Source of the DNA: Planctomycetota bacterium | GTDB lineage: Bacteria > Planctomycetota > Planctomycetia > Pirellulales > UBA7805 | Assembly (NCBI GenBank): GCA_036337375.1 | Contig: JAYZEI010000204.1 | Coordinates: 1 to 56,219, forward strand | Length of the DNA: 56,219 bases | Direction: 5' to 3' | In this document: positions 9,022-17,769 of the stretch, piece after piece | Position numbering within the stretch: position 1 is the first letter of the stretch | Layout of the letters: each line of letters starts with the position of its first letter | Translations under genes and position numbers: made by a program | The notes under the pieces: generated by a model | What the model saw: only the letters and a program-made list of their open reading frames with translations | Told to the model about the DNA's origin: nothing | The model's database searches: none

Positions 9022-10074
9022 ATGAACCTTGCAATTTTCCTGCCAAACTGGGTTGGCGACGTCGTCATGTCCACACCCGCGCTCCGCGCGATGCGGGAAC
9101 AGTTCGCCAATGCGCATCTGATCGGCATTATGCGACCGTATATTTCGGACGTACTGAGTGGAACGGAGTGGCTGGATGAGCAACTTTTCTACGATCCCCG
9201 ATCCAAGGCTCCCGACATGCGGATTTTGCCACTCCTACGTCAGCTGCGGAAACGAGATATCGACACGGCTTTGCTGTTCACCAATTCGTTTCGCACGGGA
9301 ATGATGGCCTTCCTCAGTGGCGCCAGACGGCGAGTGGGATACGCGAAATATGGACGCGGTCCGCTGTTAACTGACACGCTCCGGTTTCAAAAACTCCGCG
9401 GACGGTCTGTTCCCGCGCCAACACTGGATGCCTACCTAGAGCTTACCGTTCTACTCGGCTGCAAACCAAAATCGCGAGAGACTGAATTGGCGACAACCGG
9501 CGACGACGAACGTCGGGCGGATCACGTGTGGGATCAACTTGGTTTGCCGAATGGACGCGAAGTGGTCGTTTTAAATTCAGGAGGAGCCTACGGGTCCGCA
9601 AAATCCTGGCCCATTGAGTACTTTGGAGAATTGGCGCGACGCATCGCTCAACACCATGCGTTAAGCGTGCTTGTCATTTGCGGTCCCAAGGAACGACAAC
9701 TCGCCGCGCAGATCGCACTGCATGCGAATCACCGCCGTGTCGTGAGCCTGGCCGATCAGCCCTTCAACATCGGTCTGTCCAAAGCGTGCGTGCGGCGATC
9801 TCGTCTGATGGTGAGTACCGACAGCGGGCCTCGGCACTTTGCCGCCGCGTTTGACGTGCCGGTGATCACTCTATACGGACCAACACATATAGAATGGGGT
9901 GACACGCATTACGCCCGGGCCATCCATCTTCAGGAAGACATGCCGTGCGGGCCTTGCATGAAAAGAGTCTGTCCGGAGGGACACCACCGCTGCATGCGAG
10001 ACCTCACCGTGAACCGCGTCTACAGCGAAGTGGCCAAGCAACTTGACCAACCCCGGCGAATCGAAGCCGCGTAA
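9022..10074 (+). CDS. Family 9 glycosyltransferase (ADP-heptose:LPS heptosyltransferase-like, WaaC/WaaF/RfaQ family)
   Basis: N-terminal MNLAIFLPNWVGDVVMSTPALRAMRE is the hallmark GT9 motif. The C-terminal region TDSGPRHFAAAFDVPVITLYGPT is also typical. Start at the ATG at 9022. Confidence 0.85.
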   Translation: MNLAIFLPNWVGDVVMSTPALRAMREQFANAHLIGIMRPYISDVLSGTEWLDEQLFYDPRSKAPDMRILPLLRQLRKRDIDTALLFTNSFRTGMMAFLSGARRRVGYAKYGRGPLLTDTLRFQKLRGRSVPAPTLDAYLELTVLLGCKPKSRETELATTGDDERRADHVWDQLGLPNGREVVVLNSGGAYGSAKSWPIEYFGELARRIAQHHALSVLVICGPKERQLAAQIALHANHRRVVSLADQPFNIGLSKACVRRSRLMVSTDSGPRHFAAAFDVPVITLYGPTHIEWGDTHYARAIHLQEDMPCGPCMKRVCPEGHHRCMRDLTVNRVYSEVAKQLDQPRRIEAA

Positions 10075-10116
10075 GCTGCCGTCAATAAGTAAGACTGGCG
10101 AGCTCTTTAAACTGGC

Positions 10117-10446
10117 TTAAAGGACTTCGATTTGATTATCGACACCCAAGTCATCGGCCAGCTGCATCGCGGCGTGCTGAGCCAGCTGATACGCGTGATA
10201 AGTCGAACAAAAACCCTGTAATACAATGTGTGTCCCGGTAATCATCACAGCCAAGTTATGAACACGGCCATTTGTCTCTCGCCAGACTGTATGCCTGATT
10301 TGACGGACCAATTGGTCCATCCCGCTCAGTTGCTCGACCGATTCAACAACCGTACCAGTCGCACGCGACTGGCCGCGTTGGTTCGTTACTTCATCCTTGA
10401 TCATCTCAATTTCCGTTCCCACGTTGGACTCAACCCCACAGGTCAT
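10117..10446 (-). CDS. BON-domain protein (paralog A)
   Basis: C-terminal VMITGTHIVLQGFCSTYHAYQLAQHAAMQLADDLGVDNQIEV fits the BON pattern. That pattern is a glycine turn, a hydrophobic strand and a conserved A/Q helix, ending in a hydrophobic-x-N-x-I/L-x-V motif. Confidence 0.5.
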   Translation of the reverse strand: MTCGVESNVGTEIEMIKDEVTNQRGQSRATGTVVESVEQLSGMDQLVRQIRHTVWRETNGRVHNLAVMITGTHIVLQGFCSTYHAYQLAQHAAMQLADDLGVDNQIEVL

Positions 10447-10591
10447 CGCCAGCCGCTGAAGCGAGGCAGTTCGGGCTGATACACAACTTCAAGTTACGGG
10501 CGCGTCCTTGCATTACCGACAGGTCATCCTCGCCCTGTCACCAAACGCTTGACCAACCTACACATTGCCGACATCCCGCGCCGCGTAAAGT

Positions 10592-10852
10592 TCAGTCAAC
10601 ATTGATGGAATTAACCAGCTGCACGTCCGGAGCAGCCGCGCGGACGGCCTCCTGTGCCAATTGCTTGTGGTAAAAACTGCTCACACGACCCCGCAGCAAC
10701 AAAGCGTCTTCGCGGCGGGCGACACTCAGGTCGCGAAGTTCGTAAACGGGACTAGATACAAGCGCGACCTGCGCCTGCCGGCAACAGTCCTCCACCGTTA
10801 ACTCGGGCATTAAGAATGGTCTCCTCCGTGCTGACCCACAAGCCATCGTCAT
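10592..10852 (-). CDS. BON-domain protein (paralog B)
   Basis: LLLRGRVSSFYHKQLAQEAVRAAAPDVQLVNSINVD matches the BON pattern and is collinear with the C-terminus of paralog A. Confidence 0.5.
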   Translation of the reverse strand: MTMACGSARRRPFLMPELTVEDCCRQAQVALVSSPVYELRDLSVARREDALLLRGRVSSFYHKQLAQEAVRAAAPDVQLVNSINVD

Positions 10853-11015
10853 TCAATGTATGGTGCTAGCGGTTCGCCGGTCAAGGTCACCATCCGGGTT
10901 CGGAATTATCCGCTGCGGACAAGTTGCTAGCATCGTCTCAACAGACTGAAGGTTAACTGGAGACGTCGATCGCAGCCCGCACCGTACACATTCGCAGGTG
11001 GGAATCGCCCCCGCT

Positions 11016-11687
11016 TCACCCACCGTTGTCCGTACCGACAAGCCCCCGCAATCTGAGATAGGCGATTACCTCGTCGGCCAAGGTCGGTGCATCCTTTTCA
11101 CCGGCGTCCAAAACAACCTCGGCTCGATCGGGTGGTTCGTATGGATCGTCGATACCGGTAAAACCCTGGATCTCCCCCGCGCGGGCTTTCTTGTAGAGTC
11201 CCTTCGGGTCACGCTGTTCGCAGACTTCCAGTGGTGTATCTACAAATACCTCCACGAAGTCACCTTCTTGCAGCTGACCTCGAACACGATTGCGATCACG
11301 TCGGTAGGGACTGACAAAAGCCGTTAAAACGACAATTCCCGCTTCGGCAAACAGCTTGGCGACCGCGGCGATACGACGGATGTTCTCTTCGCGATCCTCC
11401 GCCGAAAATCCAAGCCCAAACCGCTCCGCAAAGGCCTCACCGTGCCGCGGTTCCAGCAGCAAAGGCGTGGCGTTCAAGCCGTGTCGGACATTGTCGCCAT
11501 CGAGTATGCAAACATGCACGCCCAGCCCATGTAACTTGTGGTCCACCAGGTTGGCGATGGTGCTTTTTCCCGATCCGGAAAGTCCCGTAAACCACACCAC
11601 ACAGCCACGATGGCCGTTCAGCGCCTCGCGCTGTTCGCGCGAGACACTTTGCTCGTGCCAGTGCACACCACCGCTTTCGTTGGGCAT
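11016..11687 (-). CDS. cysC: Adenylyl-sulfate (APS) kinase
   Basis: Walker A FTGLSGSGKST, and motifs ILDGDNVRHGLN, FSAEDREENIRR and FVSPYRRDR, over a length of 223 aa. This is an unambiguous CysC with no fused sulfurylase domain. Confidence 0.95.
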   Translation of the reverse strand: MPNESGGVHWHEQSVSREQREALNGHRGCVVWFTGLSGSGKSTIANLVDHKLHGLGVHVCILDGDNVRHGLNATPLLLEPRHGEAFAERFGLGFSAEDREENIRRIAAVAKLFAEAGIVVLTAFVSPYRRDRNRVRGQLQEGDFVEVFVDTPLEVCEQRDPKGLYKKARAGEIQGFTGIDDPYEPPDRAEVVLDAGEKDAPTLADEVIAYLRLRGLVGTDNGG

Positions 11688-11777
11688 TTTCGTGACCCTC
11701 TCGGTCGAACACAGATCGGCAAGCGATCATAGCCCAGGCCGGTACGTCAGGCAATGCGACGACGCGCTGAAGTCACG

Positions 11778-12719
11778 TCAGTCATCTGGTCCGTGGTCGC
11801 GATGTCCGTGATGGTGATTGGCGTGATTTCCACCATGAACATGCGGGGGCTCAAGGAATCGAATGCCATAGGCGAGCACGACGCCGAAAATGAGCGCCAA
11901 ACTCAATTTAATTCGATCATGAGAGTGAAACTCTAATTCCGGCAGCAGGTCCCCCATCGAAATACAGAGAAAAATTCCGGCTGAAAACGCCAACGCGATG
12001 CCGATTACCGTATCTTGCGTCGGAGATTGCTGGACTCCCAGATAAAACAGTGTCGCACCGACCGGACACATCGTTGCGTAGGCACAATTTGCGAGTTGTT
12101 GTGATCGACGAGACCACCCCCCGGCGGCCATCAGTGCCGTAATCGATAGAGAGTCCAGCGGTTTGTGTAAAAGAATTCCAACAAAAACCGCGAAGCCAAG
12201 CAGCACGGCATCGGGCATCTCCTGCTTGTCATTTAAGACACTCGCCGAAAGTGCGACACCGTCGAGTAACGTGTGCAGCGACAACCCGAGAAAAATACCA
12301 ACCCAACGGTGGCCAGCAGTTGTCGAATGTTCATGCCCGTGATGATGATGGGAAGTACCATGGCCGCTGCTCTGGTCGTCCGGCCGCTGGCCGGAATTTA
12401 ACGAATCGCTACCGTCATGGTCAGGCCCCATTTCTTCAGCCGGCGCGTGATGATGAGAATGGAAAAAACGGACCAAGAAAAACGTCGTGAGCAGTCCCAG
12501 CATCAGCCAAAAAATGGCGTCATCCAACGGCACACTCGGATTAACTGCGTGCGGCAACAGGTGGAACAAGCCAATTCCCAGCATCAGCCCGCCCACCGCA
12601 CTCATCATTAGCTGCAATCGCATGTGCGTTAAACGTATCAACGACGGCAGCCAGCCGCCAAAGAGCGAGGCGAGCACAATCAGGACACAATAAACGGCGA
12701 GTGTTGCAGTTGGTGGCAT
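11778..12719 (-). CDS. ZIP-family (ZupT-like) divalent metal transporter with His-rich cytoplasmic loop
   Basis: Eight hydrophobic helices. The conserved ZIP motifs are present (HLLPHAV, LGLSLHTLLDGVAL, FAVFVGILLHKPLDS, GIFLCISMGDLLPE). There is a central His-rich loop (HSHHHAPAEE...HGTSHHHHGHEH). Start moved to the ATG at 12717-12719 (MPPTATLAV). The longer ORF would run through the intergenic palindrome. Confidence 0.85.
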   Translation of the reverse strand: MPPTATLAVYCVLIVLASLFGGWLPSLIRLTHMRLQLMMSAVGGLMLGIGLFHLLPHAVNPSVPLDDAIFWLMLGLLTTFFLVRFFHSHHHAPAEEMGPDHDGSDSLNSGQRPDDQSSGHGTSHHHHGHEHSTTAGHRWVGIFLGLSLHTLLDGVALSASVLNDKQEMPDAVLLGFAVFVGILLHKPLDSLSITALMAAGGWSRRSQQLANCAYATMCPVGATLFYLGVQQSPTQDTVIGIALAFSAGIFLCISMGDLLPELEFHSHDRIKLSLALIFGVVLAYGIRFLEPPHVHGGNHANHHHGHRDHGPDD

Positions 12720-12729
12720 TTGGCAGTTC

Positions 12730-12753
12730 GCAAAAGCAAATTTCCGCTTTTGC
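12730..12753. promoter_or_regulatory. Perfect inverted repeat GCAAAAGC-N8-GCTTTTGC in the ZIP/arsR divergent intergenic region (candidate metalloregulator operator)
   Basis: Read directly from the sequence: gcaaaagc aaatttcc gcttttgc. It lies 11 bp upstream of the chosen ZIP start and about 125 bp upstream of the ArsR/SmtB gene. Confidence 0.45.
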
Positions 12754-12878
12754 AATTAGTATGCACCTAACTTCGACTGTCAACAAGGTCCGGTGCTGGC
12801 AATTCGCCTGCTTGACAATTCGTTCCCGGCAGCCAATACTTAATTAATCAACCAATCGTTTAAGCATAGGTAACCCCG

Positions 12879-13223
12879 ATGCCGGAAGCCACATGCAAAT
12901 CCGAAGATCACCGTCAGGACAACCGCCACGTGGCCGAACTGCCGCTTTGCGAGCGGGCGGCCGGAATATTCGCGGCGCTTGGCGATCCCAGGAGACTGCA
13001 ACTGTTGTCGTTACTTCATGGCGGTGAAATGTGCGTGTCGGAGATCGCCGATGCCCTAAGCGACAATCTGCCCGCAGTTTCACAACGCCTGAAGTTGCTG
13101 CGTGGCGAGAGCATTGTCAGCTCGCGCCGCGCGGGAAAACACGTTTACTACTCACTGGACGACCAGCACGTCGTCGATTTGGTATCCAATGCCCTGGCAC
13201 ATGCCGAAGAACACCGCCGATGA
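12879..13223 (+). CDS. ArsR/SmtB-family metal-sensing transcriptional repressor
   Basis: HTH region FAALGDPRRLQLLSLLHGGEMCVSEIADALSDNLPAVSQRLKLLRGESIV. There is a C-terminal alpha5-like His/Asp/Glu cluster (DDQHVVDLVSNALAHAEEH). That fits an SmtB/CzrA-type Zn/Co sensor. Confidence 0.85.
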   Translation: MPEATCKSEDHRQDNRHVAELPLCERAAGIFAALGDPRRLQLLSLLHGGEMCVSEIADALSDNLPAVSQRLKLLRGESIVSSRRAGKHVYYSLDDQHVVDLVSNALAHAEEHRR

Positions 13224-13256
13224 ATAGCAACCGCGACTCTTTAAAGGAGAATTGCC

Positions 13257-13604
13257 GTGACAAACTCAACACACTCCGGTCATGACCATCAACATGGCCC
13301 CGGCTGCGGACACACCCCCGTCGAGCACGATGGACACATCGATTATTTGCACGATGGGCACCTCCACCATCAACTCGAAGACGGCACGGTTGAAGAACAC
13401 ACGATCGGCGCATCCGAAACGAACCCGACTGGCTGCACGGCAGGCCACAATTGCGACGGACACGACGCCAATCATGTCCACAGTCCGAATTGCGGACATG
13501 AAACGGTTCCACACGATGACCATGTTGACTATCTGGTCGACGGCCATTTACATCACCCGCACGGCGACCACTGCGACGATCACGGTCAACTCGACGTGAA
13601 GTAA
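13257..13604 (+). CDS. His-rich metal-binding protein made of two internal repeats
   Basis: Two about 30-aa repeats: CGHTPVEHDGHIDYLHDGHLHHQLEDGT and CGHETVPHDDHVDYLVDGHLHHPHGDHC. His, Cys and Asp together make up about 35% of the residues. Starts 34 bp after arsR on the same strand. Confidence 0.6.
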   Translation: MTNSTHSGHDHQHGPGCGHTPVEHDGHIDYLHDGHLHHQLEDGTVEEHTIGASETNPTGCTAGHNCDGHDANHVHSPNCGHETVPHDDHVDYLVDGHLHHPHGDHCDDHGQLDVK

Positions 13605-13711
13605 CAGAATGAACGACAGCGCAGCACCTCAAATTTGTCAGCACTACTTGGTAGAACGTAGCGTCGATGTGTGCGAGAAAATCTGTGGCCAAAAAAGAAT
13701 CATTCACAAAG

Positions 13712-14122
13712 ATGACCGTTGACGAAGCTCGTGACCGCCTGCGGGCCGCAGGCTTGCGATGCACAGCGTGCCGGATCGCCGTGCTCCGCCATTTGGCCGG
13801 ACGCAGCAATCCGGTCAGCCATGCCGAAGTTGCCGAACCGCTGGCTGCCGATGGTTTCGACAATTCGACGATCTACCGCTCGCTTGTTGAATTTTCTGAA
13901 GGTGGTCTAACCGCGAGACTTGACGTCGGCGACCACGTTTGGCGGTTTGAACTGCTAAGCCCCGATCAGGAAATCACAGATCACGCCCATTTCATGTGCG
14001 TCGACTGCGGTCAAGTCACCTGTGCCGACGATGTTTCGGTTCGCGTCACCGGAAAGAGTAAATCCGATTTAGGACAGGTCACCGAAGTCCTCCTCAAGGG
14101 GCGTTGTCCGACGTGCCAGTGA
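13712..14122 (+). CDS. Fur-family transcriptional regulator (probably Zur)
   Basis: AGLRCTACRIAVLRHLAG...SHAEVAEPL...STIYRSLVEFSEGGL...HAHFMCVDCGQV...CPTC. This covers the DNA-binding winged helix plus the CxxC...CxxC structural Zn site. Start set at the ATG at 13712. A zinc role is inferred from the neighbouring genes. Confidence 0.75.
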   Translation: MTVDEARDRLRAAGLRCTACRIAVLRHLAGRSNPVSHAEVAEPLAADGFDNSTIYRSLVEFSEGGLTARLDVGDHVWRFELLSPDQEITDHAHFMCVDCGQVTCADDVSVRVTGKSKSDLGQVTEVLLKGRCPTCQ

Positions 14123-14284
14123 CACGCATTTTACTCTCTGGCGACAAGTTACGCTCTGGCGACAAGGGCCGAAGAACAAGGGTCAAAGGGGTGGAAGCGT
14201 AGTAGATCTCAACGAATTTCACCGCGGCCAGACCACATCTTCTCTCATCGCATCCGGGGAGACAGACCATTAGATAGCAGCCAC

Positions 14285-15358
14285 TTAGTCGATCCCGGCC
14301 AACTCGCACAGATTCGACAGCATTACCGACTCAGGACAACTCCAAACGAGAAAGAACATCGCCTCGCGGCACCAGCGACCAACGGGATGGCCTGCTACAT
14401 AGCCCGTTCCTTTGGCGGCAGCCAGCGCAGCCTGTGTCGCCCGCAACACCAAACTGTTCGCAGCGGTCCGTAGTTGCTCACTGCTGCAGACCGGATTTCC
14501 AGCCGCCAGGCCCAGCAGACTCTCTTCTAATTCGGCCTGCTCACCGCACAGACCCGCAGTCGCCTCACGCAAATCCGACCGATGTTCGCACTCGGCCGCC
14601 AAAAACTCGAGCGCGCGGCCCGCCAAGCCAACCGCCAGCGCTGAAGTTTGCAGCCCCCCCGTCTTGGCACCGCTGGCGCCCGCAATCACATTTTCTTTCG
14701 GCCCCTCGAGAAGCCACTTTCGATCGAGTTTCACACCGTTCAGACGAACCGCACCGGTACGGCTCGCCGTCAGCGCCACTAGCTTGGCCGGATCATCGGT
14801 GCCGACTCCATACAGATCCATCGGCAGTATCGCCAGCAACTGTCGACCGTCGTCAAGTTGTGCGCCGATCAGCACCCAATCCGCCCGCTCGCCGCCGGTA
14901 ACCCACGGGCTAAATCCGTCCAACAAAAATCCATGATCTGACTCTTCCGCCCGCAATGCCGTCCCCGCCAGGTGGCGACGACTCGTCGTCAGATGTGAAA
15001 TCCCCAAAGTGGTGAACGCATCGCCAACAAGCAAATCGTGCAGTAACTCGCCTTTAAGCTCATCGCTGCCTGTCGCGGCAAGCCTGCGTATGGCGCCGGT
15101 TGCTTGCGTCAGAATAAAAGTCGTTGTCATGCACGCGGCGCTCAACCTCACATAGCCGCGCATCAAATCAACTTCCGTCCATCCCAACCCACCGTCTTCG
15201 GCCGCCAAAAACCAGCGGTAAACGCCGTACCGCGCACACAGTTTAAGCTGCGTATCCGGCCACTGCCCGGCCGCGTCGACCTCTTCGGCAGACGAGGCCA
15301 GCGCGCGGCAAAGCGTGTCCAGCGAGGGATCATCCGGCGAACTAATAACCTCTGACAT
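14285..15358 (-). CDS. Acyl-CoA dehydrogenase family protein
   Basis: N-terminal alpha domain. Middle beta-domain motifs are GFLLDGFSPWVTGGERADWVLIGAQ and AFTTLGISHLTTS. C-terminal helical domain. Length 357 aa. Confidence 0.65.
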   Translation of the reverse strand: MSEVISSPDDPSLDTLCRALASSAEEVDAAGQWPDTQLKLCARYGVYRWFLAAEDGGLGWTEVDLMRGYVRLSAACMTTTFILTQATGAIRRLAATGSDELKGELLHDLLVGDAFTTLGISHLTTSRRHLAGTALRAEESDHGFLLDGFSPWVTGGERADWVLIGAQLDDGRQLLAILPMDLYGVGTDDPAKLVALTASRTGAVRLNGVKLDRKWLLEGPKENVIAGASGAKTGGLQTSALAVGLAGRALEFLAAECEHRSDLREATAGLCGEQAELEESLLGLAAGNPVCSSEQLRTAANSLVLRATQAALAAAKGTGYVAGHPVGRWCREAMFFLVWSCPESVMLSNLCELAGID

Positions 15359-15544
15359 AGTCGGATTTCAGTCGATTGTTGAATTGAGGGTGGAACCGGG
15401 CACCAATTCAACTTAGCCGGATGCGGAATCATGAGCAACTCATCACACACGCTCCGCACAAACAAGGCTATTTACGGTTTGGCGAAAACCGTATAATTCG
15501 CCGGTCGTTTTTCATGACACTTTCCGCAAAATTGAATTCCCGCA

Positions 15545-17743
15545 ATGAGTCAGATCCAAGAACTTCCGCCCGAACCGAAACGCCTACCAATCGGCGAAGA
15601 AATGTCTGCCGAAGCGCTTTATGACAAGTGCACGGCATTGGCCCGCAACCTCTGGTGGTCCTGGCACGCCGACGTGGTCAACCTGTTCCGCGACCTCGAC
15701 CCCATCCGCTGGCGGCAGTTAGACCACAATCCAATTGCGCAGCTATCCGAGTTCACACCCGAACGGCTGGAGACGCGGGCGAGCGAACTGGTTCTGTACA
15801 GCCGTATCAATCAGGCTCATCGGCGCTTGAAAGAATACCAGGCCGCCAAAGCAACTTGGGGGCGAACACACGCCGGCGTGCTCGGCGCCCGGCCGGTCGC
15901 GTATTTCTCTGCCGAATTCGGCATCCACGAATCCGTGCCCATTTACTCCGGCGGTTTAGGCATCCTCTCGGGCGACCACATTAAAAGCGCCAGCGGCCTC
16001 GGCATTCCATTGGTCGCTGTAGGACTATTTTACGACCAAGGTTATTTCCGGCAGCGGCTAGATCTCGAAGGATACCAGGTCGAAGAGTACCAAGACACTC
16101 GCGTCGAAAATCTACCGATGGAACCGGCTGTGGGCCGTGATGGACAGCCCATCACAGTTGAAATTGAAACTCGAGGCGACACGTTATTCGCCAAAGTTTG
16201 GCTGATGCGGGTCGGCCGCGTGAACCTATACCTGTTTGATTGCGATGTCGAAGGCAATCAGCCGGAAGATCGCGAATTGACAAGCCGCCTCTACGGCGGC
16301 GACCACCGCACCCGTATCCGCCAAGAGTTGGTGCTTGGCGTCGGCGGCGTTCGAGCACTGCGGGCACTCGGCATCGACCCGGGCGTCCTGCATCTGAACG
16401 AAGGGCATAGTGCGTTTGCGGGACTGGAGATGATCCGCAAAACCATGAAAGACGACGGGGTATCATTCGACGAAGCCCTCCGCGATGTCGCGAGGAAAAC
16501 GGTGTTCACGACACATACGCCTGTCCCCGCAGGTCACGATCGCTTTGACGGCGATCTGATTGAGGAGCACCTCGGACCGCTTCGCGATCAACTCGGCATC
16601 GCTCGCGAACAATTCATGGGCTTAGGCCGCGTCGAGCCGCAAAATGACGGAGAGTCGTTCTGCATGACCGTCCTGGCGCTAAAACTCTCGCGCTGTGCCA
16701 ACTCAGTCAGTGCGCTGCACGGACATGTCAGCCGTCGTATGTGGGCACACCTTTGGCCGTGGCGAGTCGAAGAAGAGATCCCCATCGGACACATCACCAA
16801 CGGGGTCCACATCCCGAGCTGGCTCGCCTTTCAAATGCGGCAGCTTTATGACCGCTATTTTCCGGGAAAGTGGTTCCGGCGGATGGGAGAACCCGAAGTT
16901 TGGCAACACATTTTTAACATCGATCCGGGTGAGCTATGGGAAACGCACTATGCCCTGAAGAGCCTGATGATCGATTTCGTCCGCCGCCGCATCAGCCGCC
17001 AATGCCGCCGCCGCGGTGAAAGCGACGAAGTGGTTGACGCGGCTCGCAATCTACTCGACCCAAACATTCTGACGATCGGATTTGCGCGGCGGTTCGCCAC
17101 CTACAAACGCGCCGACCTAGTCTTCAAAGATATCGAACGCATCTCGGCGCTGCTGCAGGATCAAGAGCGGCCGATCCAGTTCATTTTCGCTGGTAAAGCG
17201 CATCCGGCCGACGAACCTGGAAAACAGCTCATTAAGCAAATTGCGAACATGCGACACGACGAACGCACAGCAGGGCGCGTCGTGTTTGTGGAAGACTACG
17301 ATGTCAATGTCGGCCGCCATCTGGTGCAAGGGGTCGACGTTTGGCTCAACAACCCCCGCCGCCCACTAGAAGCGTCTGGGACCAGCGGACAAAAAGTCGT
17401 ACTCAACGGGGGGCTGAATCTATCGATTCTGGACGGTTGGTGGGCGGAAGCATACGACGGTGAAAATGGCTTCGCGATCGGCCCGGGCCGCAACCACGCA
17501 TCGGACGAGGCAACCGACGAACGCGACGCCTTGGCGTTGTATGAAGCGCTCGAGAATGAAGTCGTACCAATGTATTACGATCGTGACGTCGATGGGCTGC
17601 CGCGCCGTTGGATCGAGCGGATGATGAATTCAATCGGCTCTTTGGCTTGGCGGTTCAGCGCTCACCGCATGGTCATGGACTATTGCCGCACGGCTTACGT
17701 TCCGGCCGCCGGTGGTTTAAGCTGCGACATGGGTGTCCGGTAA
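15545..17743 (+). CDS. glgP: Alpha-glucan phosphorylase (GlgP/MalP family, 'alpha-glucan family phosphorylase')
   Basis: SAEFGIHESVPIYSGGLGILSGDHIKSASGLGIPLVAVGLFY, and the pyridoxal-phosphate region ...TNGVHIPSW..., over 732 aa. Confidence 0.9.
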   Translation: MSQIQELPPEPKRLPIGEEMSAEALYDKCTALARNLWWSWHADVVNLFRDLDPIRWRQLDHNPIAQLSEFTPERLETRASELVLYSRINQAHRRLKEYQAAKATWGRTHAGVLGARPVAYFSAEFGIHESVPIYSGGLGILSGDHIKSASGLGIPLVAVGLFYDQGYFRQRLDLEGYQVEEYQDTRVENLPMEPAVGRDGQPITVEIETRGDTLFAKVWLMRVGRVNLYLFDCDVEGNQPEDRELTSRLYGGDHRTRIRQELVLGVGGVRALRALGIDPGVLHLNEGHSAFAGLEMIRKTMKDDGVSFDEALRDVARKTVFTTHTPVPAGHDRFDGDLIEEHLGPLRDQLGIAREQFMGLGRVEPQNDGESFCMTVLALKLSRCANSVSALHGHVSRRMWAHLWPWRVEEEIPIGHITNGVHIPSWLAFQMRQLYDRYFPGKWFRRMGEPEVWQHIFNIDPGELWETHYALKSLMIDFVRRRISRQCRRRGESDEVVDAARNLLDPNILTIGFARRFATYKRADLVFKDIERISALLQDQERPIQFIFAGKAHPADEPGKQLIKQIANMRHDERTAGRVVFVEDYDVNVGRHLVQGVDVWLNNPRRPLEASGTSGQKVVLNGGLNLSILDGWWAEAYDGENGFAIGPGRNHASDEATDERDALALYEALENEVVPMYYDRDVDGLPRRWIERMMNSIGSLAWRFSAHRMVMDYCRTAYVPAAGGLSCDMGVR

Positions 17744-17745
17744 CA

Positions 17746-17769
17746 ACTCGTAAGGGCGTGTCTGCCCCT
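17746..17769. terminator. Candidate bidirectional terminator hairpin between the convergent glgP and DEAD-box helicase genes
   Basis: taAGGGCgtgtctGCCCCTTta can form an imperfect 6-7 bp GC stem. This element fills the entire 26-bp gap between the two convergent stop codons. Confidence 0.35.

Noticed and set aside
13117-13863. 248-aa minus-strand ORF antisense to the His-rich protein and the Fur-family regulator
   Set aside because: It is Arg/Ser/Ala-rich and low-complexity, typical of spurious antisense frames in high-GC DNA. It overlaps two well-supported plus-strand genes.
17746-17769. Whether the glgP/helicase hairpin is a strong intrinsic terminator
   Set aside because: The stem is imperfect and no U-tract follows on either strand. 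It is kept only as a low-confidence feature, and Rho-dependent termination is equally possible.
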